This document shows positions 1-7,790 of a stretch of 21,333 nucleotides of DNA, piece by piece. The position numbers and the translations under genes were made by a program. The stretch lies in NCBI GenBank assembly GCA_041288095.1, contig JBGGMJ010000109.1:1-21333 (forward strand), written 5' to 3'. The notes beneath the pieces were generated by a model that had not been told where the DNA came from, searched no databases, and was given only the letters and a program-made list of their open reading frames with translations. How positions within the stretch are numbered: the stretch's first letter is position 1; each line of letters starts with the position of its first letter. The stretch comes from Myxococcota bacterium. Lineage in GTDB: Bacteria; Myxococcota; XYA12-FULL-58-9; JALHOP01.

Positions 1-1
1 C

Positions 2-841
2 GCCTTCCGCGTCGGCCCGGGCCAGACCTTCGCCAAGAACATGCGCGAGGGCAAGCGGGCGCGTTGCCCGATGGGTCTGCTCTTCACCGGCCCCATGGGT
101 ACCGGCAAGACCTTCGTCGCCGAGGCCTTCGTCCGCGAAACCGGACTCACCGCGGTGAAGCTCGGAAACTTCCGCAGCAAGTGGGTAGGCGCGACCGAGG
201 GTAATCTCGATCGCGTGTTGAGCGTCATCCGCGCCATCGGCCAGATCATCGTCATCATCGACGAGGGTGACCGCTCGTTCGGCAGCGGTGACGGCGAAAG
301 CGACGGCGGCACCAGCTCGCGCGTCATCGCCCGCATCAAGGAGTTCATGAGCGACACGTCGAATCGCGGACGCGTCATGTTCATCCTCATGACCAACCGG
401 CCCGACAAGCTCGACATCGACATCAAGCGCGCCGGGCGACTCGACAAGAAGATCCCCTTCGTCTACCCGCAAGAGCCGGTCGAGGTGGAGGCTGTGCTGG
501 GCGCGCTGCTGCGCAAGCACCGCATCACGCACACCTTGAAGCTGCCCAACGCGGCGGTATCGACGCCTTTGGTCGGCTACTCGAACGCCGAGATCGAGGC
601 CGTGGTCCTGCTCGCCAACGAATACGCGGGAGACAAGCCCGTCGAGGACAGCCACCTCACCCAAGCCGTCCGCGATTACCTACCAAGCCGCGACGAAGCG
701 ATGCTCGAGTTCATGGAGCTAATCGCGGTCTTCGAAGCTTCCAATCGCAAGATGCTGCCCAAGAAGTACGCGGAAATGACCAACGACGCGCTGCAGGCGC
801 GTTTGAACGAGCTGCGCCTCACGGTGGGCTCACGGAGATGA
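2..841 (+). CDS. Classic-clade AAA+ ATPase (5'-partial)
   Basis: The frame is open from the window edge. Walker A GPMGTGKT, pore loop SKWVG, Walker B IVIIDEGD, sensor-1 MTNRPD, Arg finger KRAGRLD. Confidence 0.9.
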   Translation, partial: AFRVGPGQTFAKNMREGKRARCPMGLLFTGPMGTGKTFVAEAFVRETGLTAVKLGNFRSKWVGATEGNLDRVLSVIRAIGQIIVIIDEGDRSFGSGDGESDGGTSSRVIARIKEFMSDTSNRGRVMFILMTNRPDKLDIDIKRAGRLDKKIPFVYPQEPVEVEAVLGALLRKHRITHTLKLPNAAVSTPLVGYSNAEIEAVVLLANEYAGDKPVEDSHLTQAVRDYLPSRDEAMLEFMELIAVFEASNRKMLPKKYAEMTNDALQARLNELRLTVGSRR

Positions 842-1296
842 CCATGGAGCTCAACCCAGAGATTCACATCACGCCCATCGATGCCGAGCTGATCGCCAAG
901 GGCTTGATGGCGGTAGCCCGCGCCGACGGCAAGCTCCACGAGCGCGAGGCGATGATGATCCGCATGTTCTACGCCGACGCTGGCGATAGCGGCGTCTCGA
1001 CCGTCGCGAACCTCGAGCGCGAAACGCCGATCGACCCGGCGATGCTGGCTTCTGGCATGGGCAAGGGCGACGTCGCCACCGTCTTCTTGAAGAGCGCTTT
1101 TTTGGTCGCTTACGCGGACAACGACTGCGCCAAGACCGAGCGAGCCCTCATCGAGAAGTTCTCCGATGCCTTGGGCTACTCGCGCGATCAGCTGTTGCTC
1201 ATCGAGAACAGCGTGAAAGAGCATCTCTTGCAGCAGCTCACCCACGTGAAGAACGTCGAGGCCGTGGCCCAGGTGGCGCACGAACTCAAGCTGTGA
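838..1296 (+). CDS. TerB (tellurite-resistance B)-like protein
   Basis: Two TerB-type motifs, [13 protein letters not shown] and [17 protein letters not shown] overlap with the ATPase. The ATG at 844 is better spaced from the GGAG at 834-837. Confidence 0.8.
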   Translation: MTMELNPEIHITPIDAELIAKGLMAVARADGKLHEREAMMIRMFYADAGDSGVSTVANLERETPIDPAMLASGMGKGDVATVFLKSAFLVAYADNDCAKTERALIEKFSDALGYSRDQLLLIENSVKEHLLQQLTHVKNVEAVAQVAHELKL

Positions 1297-1904
1297 GCGC
1301 CGGGGATTACGAGATCGACAAAGCCAAGCTCGATGCGCTCATCGCCAAGGTGAGCGAGCTCGGTGTCGTCGTCGAGCAGAACCTCGTCGAGCCCGAAGGC
1401 GCGCGGTTCGTCGGCACCTTCACCGGTCACCTGCTCACGCTGTACCCGAAATACGACAGCAACTTCGCGTTGTACTTCACGGTGGCGCACCTCTACGGCC
1501 ACATGGTGCAAATCGTGCGCGACTCCGAGCGCACCAAGCGTGCAAACGCGATCTTGAGCGTCGTCCTCGACCCCAAGATCTACAAGAACAAGCGCGCCTT
1601 CACCGTTTCCGAAGTGCAGATGATCTACGACCACGAGCTAGAGGCGGCGGCCATCGGGCGCACCGTCATGGCGGATATGGGTAAGGTCGACGCCGAGCTG
1701 GACATCCAGTACGCGCGCATCTTCCTCGCGGACTTCCATTACCTCATCCATGTGCTCGAGACCGGCGAGGCGGGCCCCGACTCGTTCGCGCGCTTCCTGC
1801 GACGGGAGCCGAAGCCCTGGAATCCGATCCCGCCGGATCCGCAGCCACTAGTGAAGGTCGGCCACCTGAAGCCCGAGACGTCGACGACAGTCACCGTCGT
1901 CTGA
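1293..1904 (+). CDS. Hypothetical protein with a degenerate zincin motif (ImmA/IrrE-like, HLxxH)
   Basis: GTGA overlap with the TerB gene and host-like codon usage. FTVAHLYGH plus downstream ELEA resembles the FTxAHELGH...ExEA pattern of ImmA/IrrE peptidases. Confidence 0.7.
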   Translation: MSAGDYEIDKAKLDALIAKVSELGVVVEQNLVEPEGARFVGTFTGHLLTLYPKYDSNFALYFTVAHLYGHMVQIVRDSERTKRANAILSVVLDPKIYKNKRAFTVSEVQMIYDHELEAAAIGRTVMADMGKVDAELDIQYARIFLADFHYLIHVLETGEAGPDSFARFLRREPKPWNPIPPDPQPLVKVGHLKPETSTTVTVV

Positions 1905-2041
1905 GCATGATTCCTTCACAAGCTCTTATGTCCGGAATTCCGCCTCCCGCGAGTCGTGGTGGCCGCTGTCGCGGTCACGGTCGTGCTGATGGGAGCCGGC
2001 CCCTAGCGTAACGCCCGGATCGTGTGGAACACTCCGGTGCG

Positions 2042-2653
2042 ATGAAAGCTTTGCCCAAGCTGGTCGTCGTGATCGCGGCAATTGCCTGGTTCACGGCGAT
2101 CGTCTTCGGTGGCGGCGCTCTCCTCCGCTATAGCGCTACGGGCGGCCGCTCGAGTCCGACGCCCGCCGCGTGGCCCGTGACCTCCAAGCTTCCGCGCGAC
2201 GCCCGGACCACCATGGTGATGTTCGCCCACCCCTTCTGCGCCTGCACTCAGGCGAGCCTCGCGGAGCTCGATCGCTTACTCACCAAGACGCGCGGGACCG
2301 CGACCGTCGTCTTCCTGGAGCCACTGAACGTCGACGAGAGCTGGCGCGATTCACGACTGATCGAACGGGCGCGCGGCATGCAGGGTGTCACGGTCGTCTT
2401 CGACGACGCCGGCCACGAGGCCTCGCTCTTCGGCGCCGAGACCTCCGGCCACGTCGTCGTCTACGACGCGGGCGGCGCGCTCCGCTATTCCGGAGGCATC
2501 ACGCAGGCGCGCGGCCACGAAGGTTGGTCGGCCGGCCAGGAATCGCTCGCGAGTATCCTCGGCGGAAGCGCGTCGGACTCTTCGAAGTCGCCGATCTACG
2601 GCTGTGCGCTGACTGGCTCGCAAGAGCCGGAATTCGCGGACAAGGGCAAGTAA
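2042..2653 (+). CDS. RedB-like membrane-anchored/periplasmic thioredoxin-fold protein
   Basis: N-terminal hydrophobic helix, HPFCACTQASLAEL, LRYSGGITQARGHEG and C-terminal PIYGC. The pattern is recalled from Myxococcus RedB-family proteins. Confidence 0.75.
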   Translation: MKALPKLVVVIAAIAWFTAIVFGGGALLRYSATGGRSSPTPAAWPVTSKLPRDARTTMVMFAHPFCACTQASLAELDRLLTKTRGTATVVFLEPLNVDESWRDSRLIERARGMQGVTVVFDDAGHEASLFGAETSGHVVVYDAGGALRYSGGITQARGHEGWSAGQESLASILGGSASDSSKSPIYGCALTGSQEPEFADKGK

Positions 2654-2655
2654 GC

Positions 2656-3336
2656 ATGAGCTCACTCTCTCAAGACGTGGATGCGGTAGCGGACGGGATC
2701 GTGGCGCGCGCCGATCAGCGCTTCACCGATCTGCGTAACGACAACTTTCGTCGCATCGACCGCATGTTTTTCTGGCTACTCCTCGGTCAGTGGCTATTCG
2801 GCATTCTCATCGCGGTCACCGTCTCGCCGCGCGCTTGGGACGGCACCGAGTGGCACGTCCACCAGCACGTCTACGCAGCCATCTTTCTCGGTCTGGGTGT
2901 CGCGGGCCTGCCGATGACGCTCACCTGGCTTTACCCAGGGCGGCCGTTGACACGGCACGTGGCTGCCGCGTCGCAGGTGCTCTTCTCGGCGCTGCTCATT
3001 CATCTGACCGGCGGGCGTATCGAGACGCACTTCCACGTCTTCGGATCGCTCGCGTTCATCGCGTTCTATCGGGACTGGCGGCCGCTGATAACGGCAAGTG
3101 TGATCGTCGCGGCGGACCATTTTCTGCGCGGGTGGTTCTGGCCGGAGTCCGTTTACGGCGTCGCGAGCCCGGAGTGGTGGCGGTTCATCGAGCACGCGAT
3201 GTGGGTCGTGTTCATCGACGCGTTTCTGGTGCTGAGCTGCGCTTTCGGGGTGCGGGATTTTCGCGCCATGGCGGAGCAGACGGCGCAGGTGGAGGCGTTG
3301 GCCGAGCACGCTATTCGCGGAGCGCGTCCAGCGTGA
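2656..3336 (+). CDS. Multi-pass membrane sensor domain (RedC N-terminal type) without a kinase/output domain
   Basis: ATG 2 nt after the RedB-like stop. About 6 hydrophobic segments with LLIHLTGGRIETHFHVFGSLAFIAFYRDW and WWRFIEHA. It ends about 25 aa after the last TM segment. Confidence 0.8.
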   Translation: MSSLSQDVDAVADGIVARADQRFTDLRNDNFRRIDRMFFWLLLGQWLFGILIAVTVSPRAWDGTEWHVHQHVYAAIFLGLGVAGLPMTLTWLYPGRPLTRHVAAASQVLFSALLIHLTGGRIETHFHVFGSLAFIAFYRDWRPLITASVIVAADHFLRGWFWPESVYGVASPEWWRFIEHAMWVVFIDAFLVLSCAFGVRDFRAMAEQTAQVEALAEHAIRGARPA

Positions 3337-3536
3337 ACGCTTCGGAGGACAAAGGGTTTCATCACGCGGTGGTGAAGCTGGATGGGAACGAGACGCTTTT
3401 GTCCAAGGCGCAGTATGAGGCTATGCCGCTCAAGGATCGGGTGAAGCTGATCTTGAGTGGCGATGTTAAGTTTTTCGATGTGTTGGATCGGGTGTTGCCT
3501 TCGAGTCAGGCGTTGATCAAGTCAGGGAAGCGGTGA
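3333..3536 (+). CDS. Small hypothetical protein, 67 aa (MNASEDKGFHHAVVKLDG...PLKDRVKLILSGDVKFFD...)
   Basis: The GTG start overlaps the upstream stop (GTGA). This is the globular-looking tail of the listed 2790..3536 ORF. Confidence 0.65.
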   Translation: MNASEDKGFHHAVVKLDGNETLLSKAQYEAMPLKDRVKLILSGDVKFFDVLDRVLPSSQALIKSGKR

Positions 3537-3547
3537 GGTTCGACGCG

Positions 3548-3895
3548 TCACCGCACCAAAACCCCACGCTCATGCAAGAACGTGCGGAGCTCCGCCGACT
3601 GCGCGGCTGTGAGGTTGAGCAGCCGAAAAGCGATCCCGGGAGGTCGCTTGAAGTTCTCTTCGGTGTCGAACTCGTTCACGCGTACCACCTGCGCCGTCAG
3701 CTCGAACGGTAACTTCTCGTCGTCGGCGACGTCCGGCACCAGGGTCACTTGAGTACCAACGTCGAGCTGGTGCGCGGTCTCGAGGAAGACCCCCGACTCC
3801 GAGACGTCGAGCACCGGCGCCGCCCAGAAGGACTCACCAGTGTCGTAGATGAAGTTCAGCGAGCCGAACCGATAGCGAGGTGCACGTGGCTGCAT
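3548..3895 (-). CDS. Stand-alone PilZ domain protein
   Basis: N-terminal PRAPR, DVSESG (DxSxxG), AQVVRV and PGIAFRL; 115 aa. Confidence 0.85.
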   Translation of the reverse strand: MQPRAPRYRFGSLNFIYDTGESFWAAPVLDVSESGVFLETAHQLDVGTQVTLVPDVADDEKLPFELTAQVVRVNEFDTEENFKRPPGIAFRLLNLTAAQSAELRTFLHERGVLVR

Positions 3896-3913
3896 GCGCT
3901 ACGAACCCTTCGC

Positions 3914-4951
3914 TCAAACCGGCCGCGTGCTCAAGACGTCTTGGATGTCGAGGAAGCCGACCGGGGTTTGTGCCTCGTCGACCACCGGGAGCTGGTCGAT
4001 CTTGTGCTCCCGCATGACGCGGGCGGCCTCGGCGAGCAGCTGGTCCGCGGTAACGGACTTGGGCGAGCGGGCCATGCAGGCGGAGATGGGCGCGCCACCG
4101 ACGAACTCTTCGGTTTCGAGCATCCGGCGCAGGTCGCCGTCCGTGAAGAAGCCAACGAGCTTGCCGGCGCCATCGACGATCGAGGCCGCGCCCGGGCGTC
4201 CGGCGGTCCGTGTCATCACCTTGATGACCTCGCGCAACGATGCGGTCTCGGGCGCTATCGGATTGTCGGCACCGGTGCGCATCACTTCACGCACCTTCAT
4301 GAGCTTGCGTCCGAGCTGTCCGCCGGGATGAAAGCGCGCGTACTCCTCGCGCCCGAAGCCCCGGCAATTGAAGACGCTCATAGCCAGCGCATCCCCCAGC
4401 ACCATCATCGCCGTGGTGCTCGCCGTGGGCACGAGGCCCATCGGGCAAGCCTCGGCGATGTCACCGATATCGAGGACGATGTCCGCGTGCCGGGCGAGCG
4501 ACGAGCGTGCGTCACCCGTCATCGCGACCAAGAGCGCGCCCAAGGCTTTCACCGGGCGCACGATGCGCAGGAGCTCCTCGGACTCGCCGCTGTTCGACAG
4601 CGCGAGGACGACATCGCTCTTGGTGAGTCGACCGAGATCACCATGCGCGGCTTCCGCGGCGTGGACGAAGTGCGAAGGTGTTCCGGTCGATGCGAGCGTG
4701 GCGGAGATCTTCTGGCCGACGAGACCACTCTTACCCATACCGGTGACGATGACGCTGCCGCTGCAGTCGAGGATACGGCGCGTGACCTGGGCGAGCTCTT
4801 CGCCGATGCGCGCGGCGAGCGAGCTCACCGCTTGGCCTTCGGCCTCGATGACCGCTCGAGCGTCCGCGATCACGCGTGCCGCGTCGAAACCCGGAGCCCG
4901 GGCGTCGCTCGGCGAGCTGATGATCTCGGGTCTGTTGCGAACAACCTTCAT
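3914..4951 (-). CDS. kdsD: Arabinose-5-phosphate isomerase, KpsF/GutQ family (SIS + 2 CBS domains)
   Basis: [38 protein letters not shown] and FHPGGQLG, followed by a CBS pair. Confidence 0.93.
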   Translation of the reverse strand: MKVVRNRPEIISSPSDARAPGFDAARVIADARAVIEAEGQAVSSLAARIGEELAQVTRRILDCSGSVIVTGMGKSGLVGQKISATLASTGTPSHFVHAAEAAHGDLGRLTKSDVVLALSNSGESEELLRIVRPVKALGALLVAMTGDARSSLARHADIVLDIGDIAEACPMGLVPTASTTAMMVLGDALAMSVFNCRGFGREEYARFHPGGQLGRKLMKVREVMRTGADNPIAPETASLREVIKVMTRTAGRPGAASIVDGAGKLVGFFTDGDLRRMLETEEFVGGAPISACMARSPKSVTADQLLAEAARVMREHKIDQLPVVDEAQTPVGFLDIQDVLSTRPV

Positions 4952-4984
4952 TACGCCGCCGCCTATACAGGTTCCGAGCGCACG

Positions 4985-5012
4985 TTGACAAACAGTCCCA
5001 TGGGGGTGGATT
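4985..5012 (+). promoter_or_regulatory. Possible sigma70 promoter for the transaldolase gene
   Basis: Perfect TTGACA at 4985-4990, but only a weak -10 (TGGATT at 5007-5012). Confidence 0.35.
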
Positions 5013-5041
5013 CAGGGGCCTACCCTGCTACGGAGACGGCC

Positions 5042-5698
5042 ATGAAATTCTTCATCGACAGCGCTGAAGTGAAAGAAATCCGCGAAGCGCACGCCATGGG
5101 TCTACTCGACGGCGTCACGACCAACCCGTCCCTCATCGCCAAGAGCGGCCGCAACTTCACCGAGGTCATCAAGGAGATCTGCGACATCGTCCCCGGCCCG
5201 GTCAGCGCCGAGGTCGTGACCCTCGATGAGAAGGAAATGATGGACCAGGCCCGGACCCTGGCCAAGATCGCCAAGAACGTCGTCGTGAAGGTCCCGCTGA
5301 CCATCCCGGGCTTGAAGACGGTGAAGGCCCTGGTGCCGGACGGTATCAAGTTCAATGTCACGCTGTGCTTCAGCGCTAGCCAAGCCCTCCTGGCCGCCAA
5401 AGCGGGCGCAAGCTTCATCTCGCCGTTCATCGGTCGTTTGGACGACGTGTCCGAGGACGGTATGCAGCTCATCCAGGACATCGTCACCATCTACGAGAAC
5501 TACCAGTTCAAGACCGAGGTCCTGGCCGCCAGCATCCGCCACCCCGTGCACGTCGTGAAATGCGCCCTCTCGGGTGCCCACGTCGCCACCATCCCGTTCA
5601 AGGTCATCGAGCAGCTCTCGAAGCACCCGCTGACCGACGCGGGCCTTAAAGGGTTCATGGCCGACTTCGAGAAAAACAAGGCGAATTTCAAGATTTAA
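5042..5698 (+). CDS. tal: Transaldolase (short FSA/TalC-type family)
   Basis: [21 protein letters not shown], Schiff-base [27 protein letters not shown]. The Glu in SAEV and Phe in SPF are transaldolase-type rather than FSA-type (Gln/Tyr). Confidence 0.93.
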   Translation: MKFFIDSAEVKEIREAHAMGLLDGVTTNPSLIAKSGRNFTEVIKEICDIVPGPVSAEVVTLDEKEMMDQARTLAKIAKNVVVKVPLTIPGLKTVKALVPDGIKFNVTLCFSASQALLAAKAGASFISPFIGRLDDVSEDGMQLIQDIVTIYENYQFKTEVLAASIRHPVHVVKCALSGAHVATIPFKVIEQLSKHPLTDAGLKGFMADFEKNKANFKI

Positions 5699-5738
5699 CG
5701 CCTAGTTAGCCGCGTCACTGGTGCGTAAAACCTTTCCC

Positions 5739-5767
5739 TTGGCGAATTGCGTTAAGAACGTTACGCT
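5739..5767 (+). promoter_or_regulatory. Putative sigma70 promoter for the DAGK-family gene
   Basis: TTGGCG (5739-5744), 17-nt spacer, TACGCT (5762-5767), in AT-richer intergenic DNA. Confidence 0.45.
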
Positions 5768-5783
5768 ATTGTCACGTTCAAGA

Positions 5784-5875
5784 TGTGCGTCGGGTCAACC
5801 CCGACACAGCCACTCGTTAGGACTCGCGGTCCTTTGGGACCGCACGGTTTGGGAGAACCGGTCGTAATCGAGTGG
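5784..5875 (+). ncRNA. Candidate structured 5' leader RNA (hairpin + three-way junction), family not recognised
   Basis: Hairpin GTCGGG/CCCGAC. A closing stem CCACTCG..GAC / GTC..CGAGTGG encloses GCGGTCC-TTTG-GGACCGC and CGGTTT-GGGA-GAACCG. Confidence 0.5.
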
Positions 5876-5901
5876 GTCGTAACGCAGGAGTCGTGGTCGA
5901 A

Positions 5902-7044
5902 ATGCTTACCCCTGTGGTTGCTCCGCACGAGCGGACGCAAGAATCTCTCGCCGCCGAAACCGCGGGCCTCCCCGTAGCCCCAACCGACCCGGACAAGGTC
6001 GCGGTGTTGCTCAACCGCAACGCCCGCCGCGTCACCGACGCCCTCGCCAAGAAGCTCGGCCGTCTCGTCGGCAGCGACAACCTCTATTATTCGCGCTCGC
6101 TCGAGGAGGCCGAAGCCTTCGCGCGCGAGATCGTCCAGCGGGGCTACGGCACCGTGGTCTGCGGCGGCGGTGACGGCACCTTCGTTCAGGCCATCAACAT
6201 GGTGCAGCGCTACATCGACGAGGCCAACCAGTGGCGCGTTCAGCGCTACCTGCGCTTCGGCGAGAAGCAAACGCTCCTGGGCGAGCCGCGCTTCGCGTTC
6301 CTGCGCCTCGGCACCGGCAACGCCATCGGCCGCCTGGTCGGCGCCACCCACCCGGCCAAGGACCTCGGCCGCATCGTCGACTACCTGCCGCGCCGCACCC
6401 AGCCCATCCCGCTCATCCGCGAAGGCGACGACCGCTTCTTCTTCGCCGGCATCGGCTACGATTCGCAGCTCTTGAACGACTACAACTGGCTCAAGGCGCA
6501 CACCCACAACAAGCTCTTGAAGCCGATCATGCACAGCGTCGCCGGCTATTTCGTGGCGCTGTTCGGGCGGACCATCCCGTCCATCATGGCGGACAACAAG
6601 ACCGTCGAATGCCGGGTCACCACGGTCGGCGAGGCCTACTACGTCGATCCGGCGCGCGGTGATTTCTCGGAACGCCTCGAGCCCGGCAGCACGCTCTTCG
6701 AGGGTCCGGCGAGCTACATCGGCGCCGGCAGCACGCCTTATTACGGCTACGGCTTCCGCATCTTCCCGTTCGCTCGCATGATGCCGAACATGATGCAGCT
6801 GCGCATCTCCAACATGGGCCCCTTCCGCACGCTCGCGAACCTCCGCGGCCTCTGGGGTGGCACGCATCGCGACAGCAAGCGCATCTTCGACTTCCTGGGG
6901 ACGCACATTCGCGTCGAGCTCTCGCGGCCGCTGCCCTTCCAGCACTCGGGCGATGCGAGCGGAGAGCGCGACAAGCTCGACCTCGTGCTCGATCCATCGC
7001 CACTGCAGCTCGTCGACCTGAGCCGCGCCCGCCAGCTCGCCTGA
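5902..7044 (+). CDS. Diacylglycerol/lipid kinase family protein
   Basis: LLNRNA, CGGGDGT, LRLGTGNA and FAGIGYDS motifs. AGGAG at 5886-5890 lies upstream of ATG 5902. Confidence 0.88.
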   Translation: MLTPVVAPHERTQESLAAETAGLPVAPTDPDKVAVLLNRNARRVTDALAKKLGRLVGSDNLYYSRSLEEAEAFAREIVQRGYGTVVCGGGDGTFVQAINMVQRYIDEANQWRVQRYLRFGEKQTLLGEPRFAFLRLGTGNAIGRLVGATHPAKDLGRIVDYLPRRTQPIPLIREGDDRFFFAGIGYDSQLLNDYNWLKAHTHNKLLKPIMHSVAGYFVALFGRTIPSIMADNKTVECRVTTVGEAYYVDPARGDFSERLEPGSTLFEGPASYIGAGSTPYYGYGFRIFPFARMMPNMMQLRISNMGPFRTLANLRGLWGGTHRDSKRIFDFLGTHIRVELSRPLPFQHSGDASGERDKLDLVLDPSPLQLVDLSRARQLA

Positions 7045-7046
7045 CC

Positions 7047-7790
7047 TTGGTCATCGAGCTCTCGACTCCCGACGGACCGTGCGCGACCACCATCGTCGTT
7101 CCACCGGCCGGCAGTCCACGGCACGCGGTCATCGTCTTTCACGACGCCGCCGGCCCCAGGCCCGCGCAGACGCGCATCCTCGAGCGCATCGCCGAGATGG
7201 GCTACGTCGCCGTGCAGCCCAATCTGTTTCACCGCTCGCCGCCACTCGAGAGCTTCATCGGCGCGCCCGTCACCCTGACGGCGGTGCAGAAGGTCTTCCA
7301 GAACCCCGAGCTCAAGGCGCGCTTCATGGCCGAATACTATCAGCCGGCTCTGGGCTACCCGAACCTCGAGGCGACCGTCGGCGCCGTCCTCGCGCATCTC
7401 GAGGAAGAGCACGACGCCCGCCGCGTCGGCACGACCGGCTATTGCATGGGCGGTAACGCGAGCTTCCGCGCCGCCACCATCTTCGGCGCGCGTATCGCCG
7501 CGGCGGCCGCGTTTCATCCCGGTGGCCTCGTCACCGATCAGCCGGATAGCCCACACCTGCGGGCGCGCTCGGTGAAAGCCCGCCTCTACATCGCACCGGC
7601 GACCGGTGACCTAGCACCCGACGCCGAGGCAAAGCTGCGCGCCGCGCTCGATGCTGGAGGCGTCCACTTCGACATCGCGCACTACGATGCGAAACACGGC
7701 TACGCCGTCGAGGACGCGGCGACCCACGACGGCGCGGCAGCGGAACGCCACTACCAGGCACTCGAAACGCTCTTTCGCCAAGCCCTCTAG
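7047..7790 (+). CDS. Dienelactone hydrolase family protein
   Basis: GYCMGG nucleophile elbow, HDAAG, AFHPG, Asp in ATGD and His in KHGY. TTG start 2 nt after the DAGK stop (start uncertain). Confidence 0.9.
   Translation: MVIELSTPDGPCATTIVVPPAGSPRHAVIVFHDAAGPRPAQTRILERIAEMGYVAVQPNLFHRSPPLESFIGAPVTLTAVQKVFQNPELKARFMAEYYQPALGYPNLEATVGAVLAHLEEEHDARRVGTTGYCMGGNASFRAATIFGARIAAAAAFHPGGLVTDQPDSPHLRARSVKARLYIAPATGDLAPDAEAKLRAALDAGGVHFDIAHYDAKHGYAVEDAATHDGAAAERHYQALETLFRQAL

Noticed and set aside
1907..2011. 34-codon ORF, and an alternative-frame hydrophobic stretch (FRLPRVVVAAVAVTVVLMG)
   Set aside because: The ORF has no RBS or recognisable features, and the hydrophobic frame has no upstream start codon. 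At most it is a gene remnant.
2170..2655. Arg-rich N-terminal extension of the 388-aa ORF
   Set aside because: Off-frame overlap with the RedB-like gene. The real start is ATG 2656.
3749..5041. N-terminal extension of the 649-aa plus-strand ORF (apparent transaldolase fusion)
   Set aside because: It is the antisense shadow of kdsD and pilZ. The transaldolase begins at ATG 5042 (MKFFIDSA) after GGAG.
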